From a virus (Duplodnaviria; Caudoviricetes), in IMG/VR virus record IMGVR_UViG_2788499831_000001, positions 1 to 64,000 of that record: a stretch of 64,000 nt of DNA; one strand, written 5' to 3'. Shown one piece after another: positions 37,667 through 46,008 of the stretch (positions are counted from its first letter, which is position 1; the number at the start of each line of letters is the position of its first letter). Below the pieces are notes generated by a model. It did no database searches, was not told the origin of the DNA, and saw nothing but the letters and a program-made list of their open reading frames with translations. The translations under genes and the position numbers were made by a program.

Positions 37667-37715
37667 TATTAGATTCCTGAATATTCCGACAAGCGAAGGC
37701 TTGTCCTATTTAGAA

Positions 37716-38018
37716 TCACCATTCATTCCGTTCACGAACGATTTTTAGCTGCTCTGGTGTTAATTCAACATCTACAGGTTCATAATTATTTTTAATAAAC
37801 TCAATGTCGTTTGACATCGGTAAGCCTGCCATGAATTTATAAAATTTATCAACGTCATCTTGGTTTGGTTTTTGTAAATCGTACCTTGTGATGAACAATG
37901 CATCTGTAAATACTTGTGTATCTAAATATTCATCTGACCAATCTCCACACTCAGGGCCATCACATAAATAGCGATTATCTTTATTTTTAGCTTTGAATGC
38001 TATTGCTGGTATTTTCAT
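37716..38018 (-). CDS. hypothetical protein
   Basis: 100 aa, RBS ggagga. Confidence 0.65.
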   Translation of the reverse strand: MKIPAIAFKAKNKDNRYLCDGPECGDWSDEYLDTQVFTDALFITRYDLQKPNQDDVDKFYKFMAGLPMSNDIEFIKNNYEPVDVELTPEQLKIVRERNEW

Positions 38019-38412
38019 CTCTCATTTCCTCCTACTCTTTCTGCAACTCTTTGAGCGTATCGAACTTGCTGTTTGATATATGGATCTTCCCAACTACCTC
38101 CACTTGCGACCCAATCAGTTAAACGGCTTTTTATATCCGTCAATACCTCGAATGGTAGCAAATGAGCTATTTTGTTTAATTCCTCCAATTACTATCCCCC
38201 TCTCTATTTAGCTAGAGTTATAAACTCGTAATGTTGAATAGCAACGATTTCCGCACTGTTATGTACGTCTCTAGCTTTTAAATCATTTATGATCCACAAG
38301 ATTTTCTTTCGTTCGTCTGCATCTCGCTGCTGTTTGTCCATCGCTTTACCACCTTATTTATCTATTGCTCTCCTAATTTGGTATAATGTTCCTTGAAAGG
38401 GGAACTTACTAT

Positions 38413-38946
38413 ATGACAGCTAATATCATTCAAATTATTTCAATCATCTTAACTACAGTCATCTCAATTATTTCGGTAGTAATTGCAGTTAAATCTCTAA
38501 AAACTACCCAAAAATCGATTGAAGAAGCCAATAGGCCATATGTTGTAGTTTATAAGGATTACGTCCATGTCTTGTCTAACATCACAGAGTATCTGGTTAT
38601 TAAAAACTTTGGAAAAACTGGCGCTACTATCGAATCTTTAATTTTTAATCCTGAGTATTATGACAAGAAAAACAATCCTTTATTCAAAAACTTAGAAAAT
38701 ACTTTTATTGCACCTGGTCAATCTATAAAGACCGTAATTTCATCCAATGCTTTTGGGCAAAAAAGAGAAGGTATAACAACTTTAACTATTAGGTATAAAG
38801 ATACTAATCGTTCTTATTACGAAGAAATCAACCTAAATGAAGAACTAATTCGTGATCTTTCCTTTATGAAAACCGATCCCTCTGGATACACCATAGAATC
38901 AGTTATTACCAGAACTGCTCAAGAGTTCCTTAGAAGAAACCTTTAA
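38413..38946 (+). CDS. membrane-anchored moron protein (opposite strand)
   Basis: N-terminal TM segment, RBS aagggg, upstream TG-TATAAT. Confidence 0.75.
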   Translation: MTANIIQIISIILTTVISIISVVIAVKSLKTTQKSIEEANRPYVVVYKDYVHVLSNITEYLVIKNFGKTGATIESLIFNPEYYDKKNNPLFKNLENTFIAPGQSIKTVISSNAFGQKREGITTLTIRYKDTNRSYYEEINLNEELIRDLSFMKTDPSGYTIESVITRTAQEFLRRNL

Positions 38947-39111
38947 AATTTTAGTTTGTTCCTCAAGAAATGACTCAAAGTTTTCTAATATCATTCGAGC
39001 TTCACCATAATTCAAATCATGTTCAGCAAGTATATTTATTATGTCTTCCCTCACTTGCTGAATTTTTTCTTGTTGTAATATACCTTTATACATCACGATG
39101 TCTGCTCTCAT
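38899..39111 (-). CDS. hypothetical protein
   Basis: 70 aa. Confidence 0.55.
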   Translation of the reverse strand: MRADIVMYKGILQQEKIQQVREDIINILAEHDLNYGEARMILENFESFLEEQTKILKVSSKELLSSSGNN

Positions 39112-39298
39112 TTTGTTCCTCCTTCATATTTCTGTGTTTAATAAATTCACGAAGTTCTTTTAGGAAGGATGCTTGCGCTGACATGCATTCTTCTCTACTC
39201 CAGAAAGTTAACTCCAACTTAAGTTGGCTTTCTTTAACCTCCCCTTTTAAATTCATCGTCTTGGCATCATAGTTTGTAATAAACACCTTTGAGTTCAT
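39086..39298 (-). CDS. hypothetical protein
   Basis: 70 aa, RBS ggagag. Confidence 0.55.
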   Translation of the reverse strand: MNSKVFITNYDAKTMNLKGEVKESQLKLELTFWSREECMSAQASFLKELREFIKHRNMKEEQNESRHRDV

Positions 39299-39578
39299 TT
39301 CCCTCTCTCCTTCGGCTCTTAACTATTTAAAAGAATTTGTCTAGCTTCAGCTAAATTTTTAATCACTAGCGCTGTTTCTGCACTGTTACAAATCTTAGTC
39401 AATTCATTGATTCGCTCTAATAATTCTTGAGCTACCTTGCCTTTGTGTAATTGATTTGTCATTTTTGCTCCTCCTTCATAATCCGTTTGTTTATGCGTTC
39501 CATCAGATATATGAATCCAGCAAGGCCAATGACTGCAACTAGTACCATTAAATGTGAGAATGTGCTTTCTTCCATTAT

Positions 39579-39761
39579 TCATTCCTCCTCTTGTTCCCAA
39601 AGAATGTTTAAAGCATTTTCGATTAACCCTTCTAAGTATTCAGTTCTATTCATGATGCTTGGGAATGAGCCATGTGAATTAGTAAGTGTTGCTGGGTAAC
39701 GATCTCTAACATCTCTGAAAGCCGATTCTAAAATATCGATTGCTTCTTTTAACTCACTCAT
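39579..39761 (-). CDS. hypothetical protein
   Basis: 60 aa, coupled to the antirepressor. Confidence 0.6.
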   Translation of the reverse strand: MSELKEAIDILESAFRDVRDRYPATLTNSHGSFPSIMNRTEYLEGLIENALNILWEQEEE

Positions 39762-40486
39762 GCTGTTGCACTTCCTTTGTTAAGAAGCTTGTCAGCTACT
39801 CGAACAGCATCTTCTAATTGATTTGTCATCGATAAGTACTGCGGTCTTGTTAAATCTTTAAGGCCGTGTTTCTCTTTATATTTTGTAATTCGTAATTTCA
39901 GGTTTGTTTTATACGCTGTGTTGAATGCATCTGTGAAAGCTCTCCATGCATTTGGGATAGTCATTTTCTCTTGTTGTGCATGTCGTCTAATCATTTTGTT
40001 TAAGCGTTGCTGCAAGTCACCAATTGTATCGATTCTGTCAATATTATCTAATCGGTGATTCACTGTTGTTACTTGCTGTTCTAGCTGAACCATTCGTCTT
40101 TCGCTTTCCATATTTTGTTGAGCTAACATGTAGATCAACTCAGCTGGTGACTTTGCTTGTTGTTGACGGAATCGTTTTTCTACTTCAATGAAGTATTTTC
40201 TGATTACTCGTCCAGCTTCGTTATTTTGTACCATCGCTACTTCTTTAGCTGTATCTATTGTGAGCCAATACTCCACTTTAGGTCGTCCGTTTGTTTTTTC
40301 CGAAACTGGAAAAAAGTCTTCTCTTTCGATGAAACCGTATTTTTCGATACGTTCTTGTATCCATGCAGCGAAAACTTTACCGACCAACATCTGCTCATGT
40401 AACTCACGAGCATTTACGAACTTTTCACCATTCTCATTTTGATAAACTGGAAGCATTTCATTTGCGATTACTTTTAATTGATTCAT
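39758..40486 (-). CDS. AntA/AntB-family antirepressor
   Basis: VNARELHE, AKEVAMV and IRKYFIEVEK motifs. Confidence 0.9.
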   Translation of the reverse strand: MNQLKVIANEMLPVYQNENGEKFVNARELHEQMLVGKVFAAWIQERIEKYGFIEREDFFPVSEKTNGRPKVEYWLTIDTAKEVAMVQNNEAGRVIRKYFIEVEKRFRQQQAKSPAELIYMLAQQNMESERRMVQLEQQVTTVNHRLDNIDRIDTIGDLQQRLNKMIRRHAQQEKMTIPNAWRAFTDAFNTAYKTNLKLRITKYKEKHGLKDLTRPQYLSMTNQLEDAVRVADKLLNKGSATA

Positions 40487-40498
40487 TTTCTTTCCTCC

Positions 40499-40741
40499 CT
40501 ATCCGATAAGTTCCGTATCTTTGATACGTTTTGTATCATCAAAGTCATTAAAAATGTCTGGGAATAATTCTGTTACCCTGACACCGAAAAATCTTTGATA
40601 TACCTTCATTGTCTTGACACTAGGGTTCCTTTCACCCTTTTCTACCTTGCGAACAAATACAGTTGATAAGTTTAAAGCTACAGCTAACTCTTTTTGTGTT
40701 AAACTCCTTGCTGTACGTTCATCTATAAGTCTTTTCCTCAT
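40499..40741 (-). CDS. Cro-like XRE regulator
   Basis: LTQKELA...VEKGERNPS HTH. Confidence 0.88.
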   Translation of the reverse strand: MRKRLIDERTARSLTQKELAVALNLSTVFVRKVEKGERNPSVKTMKVYQRFFGVRVTELFPDIFNDFDDTKRIKDTELIG

Positions 40742-40880
40742 TTCATCACCTACCGTTTGATACGTTTTGTATCGTTAACTGTAGTATAGATGATACATTA
40801 TGTATCGTCAACCCCTTTTGATACATTTTATATCTTTTTTAATAAAACTCTTTAAAACGATACATTTTGTATCTATAATG
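40523..40880. promoter_or_regulatory. cI/cro switch: five GATAC-N5-(G/A)TATC operators and divergent sigmaA promoters
   Basis: Operators at 40523, 40759, 40792, 40820 and 40859; TTGACG-N17-TATACT (-) and TTTAAA-N17-TATAAT (+). Confidence 0.85.
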
Positions 40881-40928
40881 AGGGTATACTAATAATAATT
40901 GATACGGTGCGAGAGGGGATTTATTAAA

Positions 40929-41279
40929 ATGACATTTGGAGAAAAGTTAAAAGAGTTGAGAGGTAGCAGGACCCAGGAAGAGGTTGCTAAAGGTATCGAA
41001 ATATCTAGAGCTAGATATTCTCACTTCGAAAACGATCGTAACGAACCAGACTTACAACTAATACAGAAAATAGCTGATTATCATAAAGTAACTACAGATT
41101 ACCTATTAGGACGCGTTGAAGATTCACGTTTAACAAAAGAAGATGACGAGAAAGCAACAGAAATGGCCAAGAGGCTTGAAAAGTTAATCGCCGAGCTAGA
41201 GGATTCAGAGCAAGATAAAGCATTAGAGCACTTAGAAATGTTTGTTCAATACCAAAAAGCAAAAAATAATAGTAAATAA
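40929..41279 (+). CDS. CI-like XRE repressor (no S24 peptidase domain)
   Basis: TQEEVA...[14 protein letters not shown]; divergent from cro. Confidence 0.9.
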   Translation: MTFGEKLKELRGSRTQEEVAKGIEISRARYSHFENDRNEPDLQLIQKIADYHKVTTDYLLGRVEDSRLTKEDDEKATEMAKRLEKLIAELEDSEQDKALEHLEMFVQYQKAKNNSK

Positions 41280-41312
41280 CAAAAAGACTATCCATATTGG
41301 TAGTCTTTTTTC
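41280..41312. terminator. bidirectional terminator between cI and the aimX region
   Basis: aaaaagacta...tagtcttttt. Confidence 0.8.
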
Positions 41313-41320
41313 TTTGTGCT

Positions 41321-41437
41321 CTATTCTTCTTTATATGTACCTGATGTAACTGATTCTAGTAATTCACCTACATCCTCGCTTCCATTCTTTAATAACCATT
41401 CAATAGCTGCCTCTTTTAATAATTGCTCTTTTGTCAT
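41321..41437 (-). CDS. 38-aa ORF in the aimX position (MTKEQLLKEAAIEWLLKNG...)
   Basis: RBS ggggg; downstream of aimP and the palindrome, convergent on cI. Confidence 0.55.
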   Translation of the reverse strand: MTKEQLLKEAAIEWLLKNGSEDVGELLESVTSGTYKEE

Positions 41438-41536
41438 TTCAAATTCCCCCTGCATCCTCTTTATAGTTTGTGAATTTTTCACAATTGGTAAGTGTTTACC
41501 GAAATCGAAAAACACTTACCAATCTCCAGAAACAGC

Positions 41537-41567
41537 GAATGACATCGCCATTTTGACGATGTCATTC
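41537..41567. promoter_or_regulatory. candidate AimR-binding palindrome
   Basis: Perfect GAATGACATCG-N9-CGATGTCATTC between aimP and aimX. Confidence 0.65.
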
Positions 41568-41611
41568 ATATATAATATATTTAATTATTTATTCATCAAA
41601 TTTGTTTTATA

Positions 41612-41758
41612 TCAACCGGAACCAGTTCCAGGATCAACCATCTTATATAGTACCGGAGCTGTTGAAGCTTCTTGTTTAGGCGCTTCCTTTACTGGTGGAT
41701 TCAGTAAAATTGCTCCAACTAATAGTAAAGCTGGTACTACTTTAAGGATTTTACGCAT
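41612..41758 (-). CDS. aimP: arbitrium pro-peptide AimP (48 aa, not in ORF track)
   Basis: MRKILKVVPALLLVGAILLNPPVKEAPKQEASTAPVLYKMVDPGTGSG; signal peptide with a Gly-rich DPG C-terminus; RBS aggaggt; directly after aimR. Confidence 0.85.
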   Translation of the reverse strand: MRKILKVVPALLLVGAILLNPPVKEAPKQEASTAPVLYKMVDPGTGSG

Positions 41759-41800
41759 AAAATACCTCCTTAATTTGCTAAGTATATTATACCATATTTA

Positions 41801-42943
41801 CTATATTATCCCTAGGTTTTTCTTCGGTAATTGGGAGTAAAAAATATTGCCTAATTGCTCGAACTTATTTAAGGACTCTGCAAATAAGTTTTTATCATTT
41901 TTCGCTAAAGCTAGATAATATAATTGAAATGCAGATAGCTCTCCATTTTCCTCTTTGAGACGTTCTAACATCCTGATAGCTTTTTCATTATCCCCTAATT
42001 GAATTTCTAAATAAGCTTTCTCAGCTATATGGATCGGATGAACATTATTTAATCCAACTTTCCACATTATTTTCAAAAATTCAATCGTGTTTACCATCAT
42101 ATCGTTACGTAAACTCATACGAGCGTTAAGTTTCTTCTCTAATATTTCAATTGCTTGGTTAATATAATGCGTTGCTGTTTCAAAACTTTCAAAAGTGTAC
42201 GATTCTCCTAAAGTTCCATATGCAGTAGCTACGATCATCGGAAACCGTCGTCGTAACTCTTCCCTGTTTATAATTTCATGACATGTAGTTCTTGCTTTTT
42301 CTACTTCACCTGACATTAACAGTCCTTGAATCATACATTCTTTAATTTTGTATTCAAAGGAGAGCTTTAAATAAGGATCCGAAATTGAATCCACCTCTTC
42401 CAATAAGATAGCAGCAGTATCATTCAGCAATTTGAAATTCCTTCTATCAGCTGTTGCAAATAACGATAAGATTTCAAATAAAATTTGCATTTCGGTTGTA
42501 GATAACTTTATTTCCTTCTTTGCCTGATGTAGTCGTTTTTGCAATTTCTTCCCTGACAACTCGCCCTTATTACGTAAGTAAATTAGTTCATAAACATAAG
42601 CCCATTCACGATTATCTTTATCATGAGATGTTTTTTCAATGTCGACCAATTGTTTTAATAATTCCTGTTCACCATGCACAGCGAGATAATCCATCGCTAA
42701 CCTCTTATTGATTGGTTTATCCGTCTGAGAAAAATATCTTTCGCAACACATTCTTCTTGTAGTTACATCGTTAGGGAAAACTTCTTTTAATAATTCACCA
42801 TAAGTATTAGACCTCATTTGAGACTTCCCATTAAGGAAATTAGAAATGGTAACATGTGTTGTGTTGATCTGTTTTCCAATTTTACGAGTGCTCATTCTGT
42901 GAAAATTGATTTGATTTGAAATCTTATTTAATACCTCTTGCAC
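41801..42943 (-). CDS. aimR: AimR-family lysis-lysogeny peptide receptor (HTH + TPR)
   Basis: ~380 aa from GTG after aggagg; N-terminal HTH, TPR-like helices, adjacent pro-peptide. Confidence 0.88.
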   Translation of the reverse strand: MQEVLNKISNQINFHRMSTRKIGKQINTTHVTISNFLNGKSQMRSNTYGELLKEVFPNDVTTRRMCCERYFSQTDKPINKRLAMDYLAVHGEQELLKQLVDIEKTSHDKDNREWAYVYELIYLRNKGELSGKKLQKRLHQAKKEIKLSTTEMQILFEILSLFATADRRNFKLLNDTAAILLEEVDSISDPYLKLSFEYKIKECMIQGLLMSGEVEKARTTCHEIINREELRRRFPMIVATAYGTLGESYTFESFETATHYINQAIEILEKKLNARMSLRNDMMVNTIEFLKIMWKVGLNNVHPIHIAEKAYLEIQLGDNEKAIRMLERLKEENGELSAFQLYYLALAKNDKNLFAESLNKFEQLGNIFYSQLPKKNLGII

Positions 42944-43048
42944 AGTGCTTGTCCTCCTTGTGGACAAAAGACACGTAAACCCCAATTTGTTACATATAAA
43001 GGAAAACGCGCCACTTTCAATCTAAGGTGTGTTATAATCAGTATGTAC

Positions 43049-43130
43049 AAGATCCGCGACAATGTTCCCTAGTCAGGTAGGGGGCAGTGTAAGTAGTGAG
43101 GCAAACACTCTTACACCGTGGGTCTTTTTT
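43049..43130 (+). ncRNA. three-way-junction structured RNA upstream of aimR (antisense sRNA or aimR leader)
   Basis: Closing stem aagatccgcg/cgtgggtctt, two internal hairpins, TG-TATAAT at 43030-38, 3' T-run. Confidence 0.5.
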
Positions 43131-43269
43131 ACGTCCGTTTTTTTATTGTATTAATAATACCACAAATTTCCCAATATTCTGTCGTATAGTTGTCTGAAAA
43201 CTATTGAGAAAGTTGAAAAACAGCTTCACATCAACGTTTTTAACCCATATGAATATTTTACCACAAATA

Positions 43270-43283
43270 AGAACTTTTGTTCT
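43270..43283. promoter_or_regulatory. candidate LexA (SOS) box
   Basis: AGAACTTTTGTTCT fits the Firmicutes GAAC-N4-GTTC core. Confidence 0.45.
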
Positions 43284-43376
43284 AGTTTTAGTCGTTTAAC
43301 AACTTATATTTTCATTCAGTTAATAAAACGACTTATTATAGTAGTATGATAGTGTAATATTTATACTTTAATTATT

Positions 43377-43721
43377 ATGATAATCTTTGGAAAAACTTTA
43401 AAACATTTAAGAAATTCGCGCGACTTAACGCAATTAGAACTAGCAGAGATTCTAAACTTAAGTCAAAGTCAGATTAAAAATTGGGAAACAGGTCGATTCC
43501 AACCGGATATCGAAACTTTAGCAAGTATCGCCTCCTTTTTTAATGTCTCTTTAGACGTTCTTGTGGGCTTCTCTAACAACTTTCAAGACGAACCAATACA
43601 ACAAGTCATTTCTGAAGCTAGGTCAACGTATGGGACGCTAGACGATGCTCAGAAAGAAAGGTTTTGTAATCAGTTGCTATTAATAATTCAGATGATTAGA
43701 GATAACCCCGAAACGTTCTAA
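43377..43721 (+). CDS. XRE-family transcriptional regulator
   Basis: LTQLELA...WETGRFQPD HTH. Confidence 0.88.
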   Translation: MIIFGKTLKHLRNSRDLTQLELAEILNLSQSQIKNWETGRFQPDIETLASIASFFNVSLDVLVGFSNNFQDEPIQQVISEARSTYGTLDDAQKERFCNQLLLIIQMIRDNPETF

Positions 43722-43989
43722 TCAAGGGAGCTAATACAGCTCTCTTTTTTTATACAGAAAAACTGTAACTAAAACGCTTACTAGCTCCGTTTGACTATAT
43801 TTTACATCCCGTCTTTTTCCAATAATAGCGGTAAAATATTCTTCTAAAGTCAGAAATTAGTGAAAAACAGACTATTTTTACTGTCATTACTGTGTTTATA
43901 TCAAATATGCAATATTGCATATCCATTAACTGTAATATAATCCATGTTTTGATTATATTATTCAGCACTTATTAGTGCTATAATCCGCT

Positions 43990-44116
43990 TTGACTAACTG
44001 CTATGAAAGCTCATGCCATTGCTAACGTGAGCAGTTAATCATCCACAGCTAGGGTAGACTCCCTAGATCGCGGTACTATTCCGCAGCCCTTAACAATTTG
44101 TTAGGGGCTTTTTTTA
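43990..44116 (+). ncRNA. candidate ~125-nt structured sRNA
   Basis: TG-C-TATAAT at 43976-84, three hairpins and a terminator with T-run, no ORF. Confidence 0.55.
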
Positions 44117-44212
44117 TTTCCTTTCGACAAAATATGACAAAATAGTTGTAACTGTTTCTGTTATTATGTTCTAGAAATCTTACATTTTATATTTTGGGGA
44201 CGGAGTGAAAAA

Positions 44213-44548
44213 ATGAAATCTAAAGGTATTGCGTATTTATTACATATTTTCCTTGGATTCTTAGGTGCGGGAAGATTTTATGTAGGAGATATCGGCATGG
44301 GTATCTTAAATCTTTTAACATTCGGTGGATTCGGTTTCTTATGGGTTATTGATCTATTCTTGCTTAGCGGACGTGTAGATTATAAGAATGCATTATTCGC
44401 TGCTCGTACTGCTGGAACTAACAATGTAAATAATGTTAATACAGTTCAAGTTAATATTGATCCGAATATGTTAAAGGGACTGCAAGCTGAACCTGCCGCT
44501 ACAACGCAAGGGGACAAAACTGACGGTGTAGATTTGTCTAAGAATTAA
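44213..44548 (+). CDS. TM2-domain (NINE) membrane protein
   Basis: KSKGIAYLLHIFLGFLGAGRFYVG...WVIDLF. Confidence 0.85.
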   Translation: MKSKGIAYLLHIFLGFLGAGRFYVGDIGMGILNLLTFGGFGFLWVIDLFLLSGRVDYKNALFAARTAGTNNVNNVNTVQVNIDPNMLKGLQAEPAATTQGDKTDGVDLSKN

Positions 44549-44784
44549 TAATGTGAGCACTCTTTTGAGTGCTTTTATTTTTTTCTCAATGACCAATATT
44601 AATTAACATGGTAAAATATAATATGTATTGGCATCCAATACATATTATTAAAATTAAAGTGGTTCAAGTCGGAGGAAGGCACCTTAGGGTGTCTTTTCTT
44701 TTGTACATCAATAAATATTCTTTCTATTCTGTTTTCATAAAATTAATGGTATATTTTGTATATAAATATTAAGGGGGAATAGAA

Positions 44785-45045
44785 ATGCAGTTACAAAACA
44801 TCGATCTAGAACTAAAAAAATTTCTTTACCAACAAATTTATGTACATAAAATCGGGTCAATCGATACTCTACTTGCAGAAGGATATATGTTTGATGCACA
44901 AGAGATACAACAAGCGCTAGAGGTATTTATGAGAAATGAACTCATAATACCTACAGTATCTACAATGCAAATAGGACAGAAAAAAGTAGATTTTATGCGT
45001 AATGATGAAAAATTTAGGATTTTAAAAGAAAATGATCAATTATAA
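44785..45045 (+). CDS. hypothetical protein
   Basis: 86 aa, RBS aagggg. Confidence 0.7.
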   Translation: MQLQNIDLELKKFLYQQIYVHKIGSIDTLLAEGYMFDAQEIQQALEVFMRNELIIPTVSTMQIGQKKVDFMRNDEKFRILKENDQL

Positions 45046-45144
45046 AAACAAATATTAGATAAACATGATTCAAGTTAAAGGAAAACGCCTTAAAATGTCT
45101 TTTTTCTCAATATAAGAGTTCTAAATGCATGCTATAATTTTAAT

Positions 45145-45225
45145 AGAAATTCCCTTTTGTGCAATGAGATAGAAATACCCAACCAACAACCCACTGTTAC
45201 GGAAATTCAGTGGGCTTTTCTTTTG
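45145..45225 (+). ncRNA. candidate ~80-nt sRNA
   Basis: TG-C-TATAAT at 45130-38; cccactg/cagtggg terminator. Confidence 0.45.
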
Positions 45226-45284
45226 TTTTTACATTTGTTATAATTTCTTTAAAGGTATTGCGATGTTTCTGTACGTATATAATA

Positions 45285-45416
45285 AAAGAAGAGATGCTAC
45301 TAACATCTCTTCAGGTAACTGCTACCGCAAGGTGAGTGGTTACAACTAAATACTACTTTTTAGATTTAGAAGACTTCCCACGCTTGCGAGGCTGACGGGT
45401 GGTCTTCTTCTTTTTG
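45285..45416 (+). ncRNA. candidate type I antitoxin RNA
   Basis: TATAAT at 45278; hairpins; terminator overlaps the 3' end of the convergent peptide gene. Confidence 0.6.
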
Positions 45417-45508
45417 TTTTTAGAAGTAATCTTCTTAACTACGAAAACTACGAGTTCTCGTACAATCGTCTTAATTACCTCTAATACTATTTGAAGAAAT
45501 AGATCCAT
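45353..45508 (-). CDS. candidate type I toxin, 51 aa (not in ORF track)
   Basis: MDLFLQIVLEVIKTIVRELVVFVVKKITSKNKKKKTTRQPRKRGKSSKSKK; aaggaggt RBS partly inside a hairpin. Confidence 0.7.
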   Translation of the reverse strand: MDLFLQIVLEVIKTIVRELVVFVVKKITSKNKKKKTTRQPRKRGKSSKSKK

Positions 45509-45794
45509 TGGCTACACCTCCTTCCCTCATCAAATGAGAAAAGGACAGTCGTAACCACCCACCCTACAATATACAGTTGTTCTTATTCTATCATACTTGT
45601 ACAAGCTCACCAATATAAAAAAGCCCACCTATTTCCGTAGGTGGGTTATATGTGATTTTGCACTTGTGCATTATTAAATAATACCAAGAATCCTTAATCC
45701 TCGTTCGGCTTCCCGATTTCTCTTCTTTTTTCGTCAAATCTCTGCTATGATTGAGGGTAGTTACATAGATTTTTAAACAATTAACTTTATATAA

Positions 45795-45915
45795 AATTAA
45801 AAAACCCCCGGCTTAGTTTTTAGATGGTTCAAGGTTGGTCGCCAGAACACCATTTAAAAACTCCAAAAGCAGAGGTTTTGTAAGTTACGTCATTTAGTTA
45901 TTGCTGTCTATATTG
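45795..45915 (-). ncRNA. candidate antisense copy-control RNA for rep
   Basis: TTGTAT-N17-TATGAT promoter on the - strand (45949-45921), two hairpins, 3' U-run. Confidence 0.55.
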
Positions 45916-46008
45916 ATAGTATCATAACTTCAAAAAAACGTAAATACAATTCCTCTATTTTGACATACCCAATTTTAAGCCGGGGTGGAAAATGGAGGAT
46001 TTTTTGTT

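Noticed and set aside
43049-43130. tRNA
   Set aside because: Only two internal arms, with no T-loop consensus, anticodon arm or CCA end.
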